28,571 bases of DNA from Candidatus Hermodarchaeota archaeon (GCA_048885525.1 JBHLLP010000045.1:1-28571); one strand, 5' to 3'; shown: positions 17,249 to 26,673, counted from the stretch's first letter. Notes: generated by a model not told the origin, from the sequence alone. Program-made: numbers and translations.

Positions 17249-18919
17249 ATGAGGAAAAACAAACTTCTAATTGTTTTGTTATTACCAATATTATTGTTAA
17301 TTCCTTTTAGCAAAAATGCAAATGCACAAGTCCCCGGTTATGTAGGTGTAGCTGCTGGAGAACAATACACTTGGAAAGTTGAAGCACAATTTGGAAATGT
17401 AGACGAATTACTAGATAATGCTAGGTCACTTTTACTTCATTGGAAAGCTAATCTTCCCACAAGTTTTCAATTATTTGGATTGGAAGATTTAACGGTTGCG
17501 GAAATCTATGAACAAATAGCTACTGTATATCTTTCAAATATTCTTCCCGTCGGTTGGGAAAGCTTAAATATAACAGACTTAATAGAAGCGACAATTGACC
17601 ATTATATGGTTCAATTTAATTCAACTGTTCTAGCAGGTATGATTCCTTCAAATTGGCAAGCTTTAAATTTTTCAGACTTTTATGATTTAGTATTTGATGC
17701 TCTCAACACAACAATGCCAGTTGTTTGGGAAGATAATCCTGTACCTGAATTATTAAAAATGCTTATTAACGAGCTTAATTCTACGGTTTATTATGGGTTA
17801 GTTCCTGCTGGTTGGGAGGGTATGACAATGACAGAACTCTATTTACATATGATAACAGCATTTGCTCCTCCTATTGGAGAAAGCGCCGTTCTTCACTTAA
17901 TGTTTAATGCATTTTTCCCTATGGCATTTCCACCCGAAATTTCAACAAAGACAATGACTGAGCTATTTAATGAAATGATGGGTACTACTCCTATGAATCT
18001 TACAACTTTATATACTCAAGGCTTCTTAATGCTCAACCAAAGTATGCCCGGTGGAATGGAATCTGAATCTATGGCAAATGTTATCGATTATCTCGGTGAT
18101 ATGGTAAATCAATCTTTACCCTCTGAATTTGAAGGACTTACTTCGGCGGAATTACTCACTTTGAATATGGAAATGATGGTGAACATGACCTTACCACCAC
18201 CATTCAACGAATTTACAATTATTCAAATTCTTGATTTTGCTTATACTGAAGCTATTAATATGTTAGATATGTATGTAATCCCAGGCTGGGATAGTACTTA
18301 TTTACAGCTTCAAGCAATGGGGATGGCGAGTTATGAAGTGGGATTAAGGGTTGAGATAAATAGTGTAGGTGCTGAGATTGAAACATACCCAGGAGGTCCG
18401 AAGGGTGCTCCTATTAACATGGATTATTTAGTTTCAATGGATTTTGAGGAATGGTTAGATATAGAGACGGATCTGGGAGTTCCTTTTGATTTCTTTCCAC
18501 TAATGTATTTCATCTATGGGTTCTTCTATTATGGACCACCAATGCCAGTGATAACACCTCTTATTGTTGACCCTTCGACGTATACACTTGTGGAAACTGC
18601 ATTAGCAGATCAAGGAGCTTTTACTGGCAATTTAATCCTAGCTAATAATTATGACTGGGGAAGCATTCAACCTGAACTGACAATGGTATACCCAGGAAAT
18701 CTTGATGCTATTCAATTTTCAACGGCTTGGAATAATAAGGGTGTTTTGCAAAGTGCAAGTGTTAAAACAGATGGACTTACGGTTGCACAAATTTCTCTAA
18801 TTGGTGGTGGACCAGAACCAATTCCTGGTTATGAGATTTCAATTATTCTAGGTATTAGTACTATCGCATTAATCGCAATAATTTTCCACTTGAAAAGGAA
18901 AAATAATATTATTAAATAA
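17249..18919 (+). CDS. Secreted, C-terminally anchored surface glycoprotein with Loki-CTERM-type tail and internal helical repeats
   Basis: Signal peptide MRKNKLLIVLLLPILLLIPFSKNANA. C-terminal IPGY + TM + KRK. Nine N-x-S/T sequons in the central region. Confidence 0.85.
   Translation: MRKNKLLIVLLLPILLLIPFSKNANAQVPGYVGVAAGEQYTWKVEAQFGNVDELLDNARSLLLHWKANLPTSFQLFGLEDLTVAEIYEQIATVYLSNILPVGWESLNITDLIEATIDHYMVQFNSTVLAGMIPSNWQALNFSDFYDLVFDALNTTMPVVWEDNPVPELLKMLINELNSTVYYGLVPAGWEGMTMTELYLHMITAFAPPIGESAVLHLMFNAFFPMAFPPEISTKTMTELFNEMMGTTPMNLTTLYTQGFLMLNQSMPGGMESESMANVIDYLGDMVNQSLPSEFEGLTSAELLTLNMEMMVNMTLPPPFNEFTIIQILDFAYTEAINMLDMYVIPGWDSTYLQLQAMGMASYEVGLRVEINSVGAEIETYPGGPKGAPINMDYLVSMDFEEWLDIETDLGVPFDFFPLMYFIYGFFYYGPPMPVITPLIVDPSTYTLVETALADQGAFTGNLILANNYDWGSIQPELTMVYPGNLDAIQFSTAWNNKGVLQSASVKTDGLTVAQISLIGGGPEPIPGYEISIILGISTIALIAIIFHLKRKNNIIK
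17453..18320 (+). repeat. Degenerate protein-level tandem repeat (about 9 units, P-x-x-W/F...helix)
   Basis: LPVGWESLNITDLI, IPSNWQALNFSDFY, MPVVWEDNPVPELL, VPAGWEGMTMTELY, FPPEISTKTMTELF, MPGGMESESMANVI, LPSEFEGLTSAELL, LPPPFNEFTIIQIL. Confidence 0.75.
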
Positions 18920-18930
18920 TTTTTTTTTTT
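18920..18930 (+). terminator. Probable archaeal oligo-T terminator
   Basis: T11 run immediately after the stop codon of the surface-protein gene. Confidence 0.5.
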
Positions 18931-18992
18931 ATTTATATTGGAAATTTGGCGTTTTTTAAAGATTTAAATTATTTTAATCCTTTTAGTACTAT

Positions 18993-19250
18993 ATGGAAGT
19001 AGAAATTGCAGTTTTATTTATATTCTTTATTATCCTTATTCTTTGGGAAATTAAAGCTGATTTTGTTTTATTGATATTCGGATTTGCTGCCTATTTATTT
19101 CTTATTTTCTATATAGGTTCTTCTGATCCCGTGGGAAGTGTTGTATCAATATTAGCTTTTTTTGTATTAAATCCCTTAAGATTATTATTGTTGATAGTTC
19201 CGTTAGGAATATTTGGTGCGTTTAAATATTATAAAAAAAAAAAAGATTAA
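18993..19250 (+). CDS. Small membrane protein (about 3 TM)
   Basis: Hydrophobic 85-aa ORF with a basic C-terminal tail (KKKKD). Confidence 0.65.
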   Translation: MEVEIAVLFIFFIILILWEIKADFVLLIFGFAAYLFLIFYIGSSDPVGSVVSILAFFVLNPLRLLLLIVPLGIFGAFKYYKKKKD

Positions 19251-19291
19251 CACCTAAAATAGCCCCTCTTTTTTAAGCCAAAAATTTTTAG

Positions 19292-20923
19292 CTATTCTAG
19301 TTTTTGTATTTTACTTAATCCAAAATGGATTATCAATAAAGCGAATCCTGATGTTAAAGCTAAATTAATAAAAAGTATAAACATTAAACCTGAAGAACTA
19401 TCAAAAGTATCAGATACAAACGGAACAAATACATAGAGTGCAATGAAAAACGAAATTATCTGCAAAAAAATGACAAAATAACTGATCAAATATGCATGTT
19501 TACCTCTTTCCTCGAATAAAGGATTAAAGCACTGCACTCCAATTGCTTGTAATTGAATTACAAAGCAATATAACATAAAGCCAAAAAAGAAGATTAATGA
19601 ATAAATTAATTCTAATTGGAACAGTAATGTGAAAAAGATTGTTAAAACAAAATCTAAAATTAACACTAAGTAAAAAATTTCATAAATATAAGAATATACA
19701 AGTGCTTTTACTCCTCTTGGCGTACTTTTATACTGAAATACCAATTGTTTTGAATCAATGAAAATATGTAAACCCATTAAAACACCAAATAACAACCCTC
19801 CAACCCATGATACGATTATTACTATTAAGAGTTTAATGTTTAGAATATCATAACCAGCTATAGCTGGATTTTCAAGAGAATATATTATTATTACACCAAT
19901 AACTGAAATTAACACCCATATATATATTACTTTGAAAAGATTTTCCTTTTTCCTAAAAAATTGTTTAAATTGTGTAATTATTAACCCTCTCCAGTGATAA
20001 GGAGTCACTTTCCTAATAATTTTATAGAACCTTCCCTCACTTTTACTAATAAAGACTTCATTTTCAGAACGTCCTTCTAAAGTGTAAAAGGAGGCTGCTT
20101 TTTTATATGAAAGATAGAGGAGAAAAGAAGGGATTATAATACCTAAAGAAATATTTGTTATGACAAATACGTAACTCGATAAAGCATTGAAAAAGTTTAG
20201 TAGTGGATCAATCCCAAACAAGATAATATTTGAATACCAAAAAGAAGGGTAAAGCATTAACCAAATTTTATATTCGGGAGTAGATAAAATAATATCAAAA
20301 AAGAAACGCAAAATGTAAAACAACGCTATTACTATAATTGATAAAAAAAGTAAGAAAGTTTTTCCTAAATCTTTTGCTATTGCACTTTTTGTCATTCTAT
20401 GCTCAAGGAGATTGGCTATAATCATTCCAATTAAGAAACTGAAAGCTAACAACATAAATAAACTTGAATAAATCACGATATATTGAAAAATATTTAAAGT
20501 CCGTATTTGATTCAATAAACTAATAACAACGGGCCCCAATCCTAAAATAACTAAAACATAAAAGATTAACTTGCCTAGAAATTCTCCAAGAAAAATATCC
20601 CCGGGTTTAATGGGAGAGGATAGTAATATTTCACTATGTCCGATTTCTGCCTTTCTATAGAGGTTATAAAGAGGATATATCAGAATAATTAAAAAAAAAG
20701 CTGTTAAAAAATATTCTATGAATTTTACTGAGATTGAAACATATTCACTTGGTATGTCTTGGGCAACAATAGATAGTATAATATCGAATAGATTCGGACC
20801 TAAATAAAAACCCCAATACAAAAAAATTGCATAAATTACAATCAAAAATGATTTCCGGTTTTTTCGATACCTATATGTCTTTAGGCGAATTTCATGTTTA
20901 ATGATTGTTTTCCATAAACTCAT
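19292..20923 (-). CDS. Multi-pass membrane protein, putative ABC-2-type permease (two fused halves)
   Basis: About 12-14 TM segments. Each half begins with an IIKHE/IITQFK-type helix and carries a coupling-helix-like motif (LLSSPIKPGDIFLGE; YKSTPRG). Confidence 0.65.
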   Translation of the reverse strand: MSLWKTIIKHEIRLKTYRYRKNRKSFLIVIYAIFLYWGFYLGPNLFDIILSIVAQDIPSEYVSISVKFIEYFLTAFFLIILIYPLYNLYRKAEIGHSEILLSSPIKPGDIFLGEFLGKLIFYVLVILGLGPVVISLLNQIRTLNIFQYIVIYSSLFMLLAFSFLIGMIIANLLEHRMTKSAIAKDLGKTFLLFLSIIVIALFYILRFFFDIILSTPEYKIWLMLYPSFWYSNIILFGIDPLLNFFNALSSYVFVITNISLGIIIPSFLLYLSYKKAASFYTLEGRSENEVFISKSEGRFYKIIRKVTPYHWRGLIITQFKQFFRKKENLFKVIYIWVLISVIGVIIIYSLENPAIAGYDILNIKLLIVIIVSWVGGLLFGVLMGLHIFIDSKQLVFQYKSTPRGVKALVYSYIYEIFYLVLILDFVLTIFFTLLFQLELIYSLIFFFGFMLYCFVIQLQAIGVQCFNPLFEERGKHAYLISYFVIFLQIISFFIALYVFVPFVSDTFDSSSGLMFILFINLALTSGFALLIIHFGLSKIQKLE

Positions 20924-20950
20924 TTATCCTGTTCTACTAATTGTTTAATT

Positions 20951-22336
20951 TTATTTCTCTCTATACAAATTTATAGCTTTTTTTTTAAATTTATCAATAT
21001 GATCTCTTGAATAATTAAGAATTATTATAGATATGGAAATCAAAGTTATTATTGTAAAAATAAATAGTATTGTAAATTCATAACCCCAACCGGTATTTGA
21101 AGTGAAATATATCTCTTTTATTACCTGTCCTGAACCCCCTTCAACTTTAACTTTTAAAATATATTTACCATTAAGTTGAATATCTAAATCCTTTTCCCAT
21201 AAGGGTCCATTTGAATTGATATTTGTTAAAGGTTCCCAATTCGTAATTTGAAATTCCTTTTTATTACTATGAAGAGAATATTCAACTGAGTTTATCCCAT
21301 GAGGATCCCATGCTAATATCCTTATTTTATTTATGTTTTGAATTAAAGCAGATTCACTTGAAGGGTACGTAATAATTGCTTGCGGCCAACTCCCAACAGT
21401 TTCTATTGATGTTGAGAGTTGATTATGATCCAAGGCAATAATCCTGTATGTGCCACCATTTAGGTTAAAATTACTTGTAGTTATTGCGAGGAAATTATTT
21501 TCGTTTTGAAAAGAATCAACGTGTACATGTCCAGATAAATAATAATTAACATTAAATTCAGTATTTAAATCTGAGAATGTCTTACCACTAGAGCTTAAAT
21601 CCGAAGCAATTGTAAAAGTGGGAGGATATTTATGAGGATGGTGTCCAAATACAAAAATTTTGTCGAAATTTCTATAATGGTATAATTCCTTTTCATACCA
21701 GTCTAACTCTGTTGTATTTAAAAAACCTAAAAAAGCGAACTCTATTAAATTATATGAACTTTTAGCAGTGTTAAGTCCAATGAATGCATAATTTCCAAAT
21801 GAAAATGTTTTATTGAAAGAGTACTGCAGAGTGTTGAATGTGCTCCCAATCATTGAATAGTTAAGATAGTAGCTAAAATCAAAATCATTTGATGCATCAT
21901 GATTACCAATAAGATCTATATAGATAGAAGAATTCATATTATTGTCTTCTAAAGCTTTTCTATAAAGGCTCCACTCATCAATATCTTGGAGAGCACCATT
22001 ATTAGCATCTACTAAATCTCCAGTATTATATATAAAGAGAGGATTGATTTGATGAAATGTTTCGTTTAGTAATTGATAAAAGTTAGCTATACTTTCGTTT
22101 GCAGACCACACAAATTGAGTATCTGTGATCTGGATAAACCAGAATATTTTGTGTTCATTATTGTCTATATAGCCTAGGTTAGACGATTTGATTTTGTTAG
22201 AATCTGGATTGTAAGTGTTTTTCGAGATAAATTGAGTATTTAAAAAAATAGAAGAAGATGTGTTCAAACACAAATTTATGCAGATATTAAATAAAGTGAA
22301 TATGATTAAGATTTTCTTATATTTTCTATTAATCAT
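20951..22336 (-). CDS. Extracellular membrane-anchored calcineurin-like metallophosphoesterase (TMEM62-like)
   Basis: N-terminal hydrophobic signal. Motifs ITDTQ, TGDLVD, GNHD, FGHH, SGHVH. Followed by an Ig-like domain and a C-terminal TM. Confidence 0.88.
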   Translation of the reverse strand: MINRKYKKILIIFTLFNICINLCLNTSSSIFLNTQFISKNTYNPDSNKIKSSNLGYIDNNEHKIFWFIQITDTQFVWSANESIANFYQLLNETFHQINPLFIYNTGDLVDANNGALQDIDEWSLYRKALEDNNMNSSIYIDLIGNHDASNDFDFSYYLNYSMIGSTFNTLQYSFNKTFSFGNYAFIGLNTAKSSYNLIEFAFLGFLNTTELDWYEKELYHYRNFDKIFVFGHHPHKYPPTFTIASDLSSSGKTFSDLNTEFNVNYYLSGHVHVDSFQNENNFLAITTSNFNLNGGTYRIIALDHNQLSTSIETVGSWPQAIITYPSSESALIQNINKIRILAWDPHGINSVEYSLHSNKKEFQITNWEPLTNINSNGPLWEKDLDIQLNGKYILKVKVEGGSGQVIKEIYFTSNTGWGYEFTILFIFTIITLISISIIILNYSRDHIDKFKKKAINLYREK

Positions 22337-22735
22337 TTTGATGAATACATATTTGAGAAAACTAATATTCAGATTCCTAATAAGAATTTTGGTTTAAATA
22401 GTTAATTAATTGTTAAAAATTCTTTGTCCAATTATCTGATATTTCTTAAATATTAGGAGAAAACATATAAGAAATTTAGACGTAAATTACTAAATAAATG
22501 ATTAAGCATGATATTTTTTCAAAAATTCCTGAGTTAATTTTATCAATTGCAATTCATGTTAAAAATTTTATTTCATTTGATTAAATTAAATTAGAAATTT
22601 AACAAAAAATTATATAAATTAGACACACCTAAATATATACAAATGATAAATTTTTAATCAGTTTTATTATAAATTATTATAAAAAATGCTAGAAAAGGAT
22701 ATTTTAAATTTAAAGGAATCTGATGAGGATGGCAT

Positions 22736-23290
22736 ATGGAGCTTCAAGATTCTAAAGGAAAAATTATTAAAGAAACCTTCCCATCAGAACTTGTTTCTAT
22801 TATTGGCGATATCTTAGCAGGAATAATCCTTTCCCTTTTAATTATACATTTCGCAAGTTTCCTTGTTTTGATATTAATGGTCCCAGCTCTTTTGTCTTTA
22901 AGAGGTAATTTAAGTGGTCCATTCATAGCTAGAACCTCTAGAGATTTAGTTATTGGAGTATTTTCTAAGAGATCATGGTTTGAAAATGTTCTTGCTACAT
23001 ATTCACTATCTATTGTCACAGCATTTTTTATTGGCATCTTCTCTCTTATTTTAAATTTATTTTTCTTTAAATTAACAATACTCCCTAATCAGTATTTTAT
23101 GCTCATTCCAATTATTTCAATTATTTTAACATTATCTATTTCAATTCCGTGTTCTACTGGTTTAAATTACTTAGCTTTTAAAAGAGGTTTAAATCCAAAT
23201 AATATTGTAAATCCCGTGATGACTGCTATTGATGATTTTTCTACCGTATTTTGCTTTTTCTTAACCATAATAATGCTGGGGGTGCCTTAA
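22736..23290 (+). CDS. MgtE/SLC41-type divalent cation transporter, membrane domain half 1
   Basis: MVPALLSLRGNLSG and GLNPNNIVNPVMTAIDD motifs, five TMs. Confidence 0.85.
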   Translation: MELQDSKGKIIKETFPSELVSIIGDILAGIILSLLIIHFASFLVLILMVPALLSLRGNLSGPFIARTSRDLVIGVFSKRSWFENVLATYSLSIVTAFFIGIFSLILNLFFFKLTILPNQYFMLIPIISIILTLSISIPCSTGLNYLAFKRGLNPNNIVNPVMTAIDDFSTVFCFFLTIIMLGVP

Positions 23291-23302
23291 ATTAAGTACT
23301 AC

Positions 23303-23842
23303 ATGAAAATTTTTAAAGAATCCATAATCATTGTGATTTTATCTTCATTATTTGGGCTTATTTCTGGTACTTTATTATCTTCGAGTGAAGCACTATTAAC
23401 AACTATACCAATATTACTTTTAATAATTCCCGCTTTAAATTCTTTAATAGGTGATATGTCAACTGTTCTTGTATCACGATTAACCACACACCTATATATT
23501 GGAACATTATCCCCAAAAATTCAGAAATCAGATCGATTAAAAGAAGATTTTTTGGGATTACTCATAACCCTTTTATTGAGTTTAATAGCTTTGTTATTGA
23601 TAGGATATTTTGTTGCTATTATATTAGGTATTGAGATAGTAAATCCTTTTTTGATCATTTTTATTATCTCTATTACAGCTTTATTGATTTTTATAATAAT
23701 GTTTGTATCGTTGTTTGTTAGCGCGATCTTCTTATATAAGCATGGTAAGGATCCTAATAATTTTCTAATTCCATTTCTTACGTCTTTGGCTGATTTTCTG
23801 ACGCCTTTATTCCTAATTATTTTTATAATAAATTTTATATAA
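23303..23842 (+). CDS. MgtE/SLC41-type divalent cation transporter, membrane domain half 2
   Basis: IIPALNSLIGD..SRLTTHLYIG and GKDPNNFLIPFLTSLAD motifs, five TMs. Confidence 0.85.
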   Translation: MKIFKESIIIVILSSLFGLISGTLLSSSEALLTTIPILLLIIPALNSLIGDMSTVLVSRLTTHLYIGTLSPKIQKSDRLKEDFLGLLITLLLSLIALLLIGYFVAIILGIEIVNPFLIIFIISITALLIFIIMFVSLFVSAIFLYKHGKDPNNFLIPFLTSLADFLTPLFLIIFIINFI

Positions 23843-23861
23843 AAACAAATTTATATCAAAC

Positions 23862-25130
23862 GTGAGTGAAAAAAACTATATGACTAAGCAGAGTAAAAAA
23901 TTTAAATATAAGCCACTTTCCCTAAAAGATATCATCAGAGAAATGAAACAAAACATTGATTTAATGATAGACTTGGCTTATAGTGCAATTAAATTCGGAA
24001 GTAAAGAACTTGCAGATGAAGCATATAAGATGGAACAACGCATTCATGAACTTACATTTTTGCTTAATTTCCAAATTATTCAAGCACATCCAAGAGGATT
24101 GGATGGAGCGAAAAAATTAGAACCTATCGTTGTTATGGGATATGCTATTGATAAAATTTCCGATGCTTTATCAGATATTGCTAGAGTAGTATATGTTAAC
24201 AGTGATATCTCTTACTTTTCTCAATTATTTAGTGATCTTAGTTATGTACCCGAACCTATAGTCAAAATTGATGTTAATGAAGGATGCGAGTTTATTGGTA
24301 AAGTAAGGAAAGAAATACACTTTAGATCTAAGCATGGAATTGACTTAATCGCAATTCGGAGAGAAGGCAAATGGCTATTTGAAAGAGATCAAATAGTGCT
24401 AAAAGGTGATATTTTAATTGTTAAAGGAGAAATTCAACCCATTATAGAATTGAAAAAATTATGCAATGATAAAGAACCCTTTTCTTTTGATATTGGTGAA
24501 GAGGAAAAGGAAGAAATTCTTGACCTTGAAAAACCTGAAATTTGTGAAAAAGTTGAAGAAATCCAAAGAAATTATGTTTCAATAACTGATATTTCAGAAA
24601 CAATGATAGAATTAGCTTTAGCAGCATTGTTCTTTAGAAATGAAGAGCTTTCTGAAGATGTTTTAGAAATGGAGGAATTAATGGATGGTTTAAATATAGC
24701 TCTTGAAAAAGATCTCCTTGATTTAGCAAAATTGGTTGAATCTCCTCGAGATCTCACAGGAATAATGAGGATTGTTTTTAGTTGTGAATTAATAGCTGAT
24801 GCAGCTGCTCATATTGCAGAGAATATTCTTAAAGGCTTTGAACCACACGGAATTCTCCAGCAAGCTATAAAAGAAACTCAGGAAATAGTAGTAAGAGAAA
24901 CATTATCTGAAGATTCATACTTTAAAGACAAAACTTATCATGAATTACAAGATAAACGCTATAAACGAGGCTTTCATATTATAGCTTTAAAAAGAGAAAA
25001 TAAATGGATATATAAATTTAAACCAGATTTTGTGTTTGAAGAGGGAGATCTCCTAATTGGATTAGGGCCATTAGAAACTGTTATGCAATGGCGTAGGTGT
25101 GTGAATCCAGAAAAATATAAAGACGAATAA
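23862..25130 (+). CDS. Duplicated PhoU + TrkA-C (RCK_C) regulatory protein (COG3273-like, two units)
   Basis: LMIDLAYSA...DKISDA followed by GIDLIAIRR..GDILIVKG, then TMIELALAA...ELIADAA followed by GFHIIALKR..GDLLIGLG. The start could also be the ATG at 23880. Confidence 0.85.
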   Translation: MSEKNYMTKQSKKFKYKPLSLKDIIREMKQNIDLMIDLAYSAIKFGSKELADEAYKMEQRIHELTFLLNFQIIQAHPRGLDGAKKLEPIVVMGYAIDKISDALSDIARVVYVNSDISYFSQLFSDLSYVPEPIVKIDVNEGCEFIGKVRKEIHFRSKHGIDLIAIRREGKWLFERDQIVLKGDILIVKGEIQPIIELKKLCNDKEPFSFDIGEEEKEEILDLEKPEICEKVEEIQRNYVSITDISETMIELALAALFFRNEELSEDVLEMEELMDGLNIALEKDLLDLAKLVESPRDLTGIMRIVFSCELIADAAAHIAENILKGFEPHGILQQAIKETQEIVVRETLSEDSYFKDKTYHELQDKRYKRGFHIIALKRENKWIYKFKPDFVFEEGDLLIGLGPLETVMQWRRCVNPEKYKDE

Positions 25131-25146
25131 GAAAAATATCATAAAT

Positions 25147-25734
25147 ATGACTTCTGAAGATAATCAAGAAAGATTTTATAATACAATGCTTGAATTAGCA
25201 AGCCAAATAAATAAAAATGCTGATATTATAAACAAGAATGTTATTTTAAATACTATAGAGTTAATCTTACAAAATCATGATAAAAATAACAGAATTTTTA
25301 TTTATGGTGCTGGAAGATCAGGGTTTATTGGAAGATGTTTTGCTCAAAGATTAATGCATTTAGGTATTAAATCGTGTTTTGTATCAGATACAATTACTTA
25401 TCAATATACTAGTAAAGATCTTCTAATTTTAGTAAGTGGGAGTGGTGAGACGACTTCCACTGTTGCAATTGGGAAAAAAGCTAGAGAAATTGGTGGTAAA
25501 ATTGTCTCTCTCAGTAATAATCCCGAAAGTACAATTTGTACACTATCTGATTATGTTATTGAAGTAAAAGGGAAAAGCAAAGATATCGCAATATCTCAAA
25601 AAACTCTTGCTCCTTATACAAGTCTATTTGATATTTCAGCTTTAGCGGTTTTAGACTCGATAGGGAGTGTATTGATGAAAAAACTAGGAGTTACAGAAAA
25701 AGATATAAATAAACAACACGCTTCAATAGAATAA
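25147..25734 (+). CDS. hxlB: 6-phospho-3-hexuloisomerase (SIS domain)
   Basis: IFIYGAGRSG, FAQRLMHLG, VSGSGET, LAPYTSLFD, C-terminal HASIE. Confidence 0.9.
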   Translation: MTSEDNQERFYNTMLELASQINKNADIINKNVILNTIELILQNHDKNNRIFIYGAGRSGFIGRCFAQRLMHLGIKSCFVSDTITYQYTSKDLLILVSGSGETTSTVAIGKKAREIGGKIVSLSNNPESTICTLSDYVIEVKGKSKDIAISQKTLAPYTSLFDISALAVLDSIGSVLMKKLGVTEKDINKQHASIE

Positions 25735-25768
25735 TCTTTTAAAATTTATTTCCTGTTTAATTATAACC

Positions 25769-26164
25769 ATGCACGAATATATAGAAGTGAAGTACATCTC
25801 TGAGAAGAAAGGTAGAGGAGCATTTGCTAAGAAGCCAATTAAGAAAGGAACCGTAGTTGAAGTTGCACATGTAGTTCCTATTCCTAACAAAGATTATAAG
25901 AAAATCTATAAAACCATATTGTACAATTATTGTTATATTTGGGAAGATCCAGAGCACATGCCTGCATTTAGAAATGCAATAACTCTTAGCATAAGTCAAT
26001 TTATTAATCATTCGTTTGAACCAAATGTTAAATATCTTTATGATTATGAAAATAAGGCAATTGAGTTTTCTGCTATAAGAGATATTTCAAAAGGAGAAGA
26101 AATTTTAGTAAATTATAATGGACTTGTTGATGATAAAAGTCCAATGTGGTTTGAAGTGGAATAA
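25769..26164 (+). CDS. SET-domain protein methyltransferase (copy 1)
   Basis: KGRGAFA, FINHSFEPN, RDISKGEEILVNY. Confidence 0.92.
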   Translation: MHEYIEVKYISEKKGRGAFAKKPIKKGTVVEVAHVVPIPNKDYKKIYKTILYNYCYIWEDPEHMPAFRNAITLSISQFINHSFEPNVKYLYDYENKAIEFSAIRDISKGEEILVNYNGLVDDKSPMWFEVE

Positions 26165-26268
26165 TTCACATTATCCTTATAAAGGATCTCAGTTCTAATT
26201 CTTGTTAAGTATCAAGAAAACCTATCAATTTATATATTAATTGATATAATCAATTATTATTCATTAAG

Positions 26269-26673
26269 GTGTATTCCACGAATAATCTATTAGAAGTTAA
26301 ATTCATATCAAAAAAAAAAGGAAGAGGAGTTTTTGCTAAAAAAAATTTAGTAAAAGGAGAAATCATAGACATTGCTTATGTCATCCTTATTTCTAATCGT
26401 GATTGGGATTTAATCGCAGATACAGTTATATCTAATTATTCATTTGAGTGGGATGATCCTAAATATAAAGGAGAATATGAATCTGCAATCTCCTTAGGTA
26501 TTAGTCAATTTATAAATCACTCTTATAAACCTAATGTTAAGTATCGTTATAGTCATAAAGATAAATCAATTGAATATATTACAATTCGAGATATTTCTAA
26601 AGGAGAAGAAATTACCGTAAATTATAATGGAAGAACTTCAGATAAATCTCCTGTATGGTTTGAAGTCGAATAA
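26269..26673 (+). CDS. SET-domain protein methyltransferase (copy 2)
   Basis: KGRGVFA, FINHSYKPN, RDISKGEEITVNY. GTG start. Confidence 0.9.
   Translation: MYSTNNLLEVKFISKKKGRGVFAKKNLVKGEIIDIAYVILISNRDWDLIADTVISNYSFEWDDPKYKGEYESAISLGISQFINHSYKPNVKYRYSHKDKSIEYITIRDISKGEEITVNYNGRTSDKSPVWFEVE

Noticed and set aside
22337-22735. 400-bp AT-rich intergenic region as a possible ncRNA, riboswitch or replication origin
   Set aside because: I see no GC-rich stems, repeated ORB-like boxes or adjacent cdc6/orc1. It is consistent with divergent promoters.
627-26011. Short ORFs antisense to or overlapping real genes (627-878, 1557-1754, 2768-3034, 7483-7704, 11094-11330, 11624-11839, 13178-13423, 14126-14329, 22744-23037, 23299-23487, 24442-24627, 24572-24757, 25757-26011)
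   Set aside because: All overlap well-supported genes on the opposite strand and show no recognisable motifs.
12970-26673. Idea that the SET pair methylates the Arp at the H73-equivalent Lys, by analogy with SETD3
   Set aside because: The genes are more than 11 kb apart and the SET proteins are minimal, unlike SETD3. Nothing in the sequence links them.
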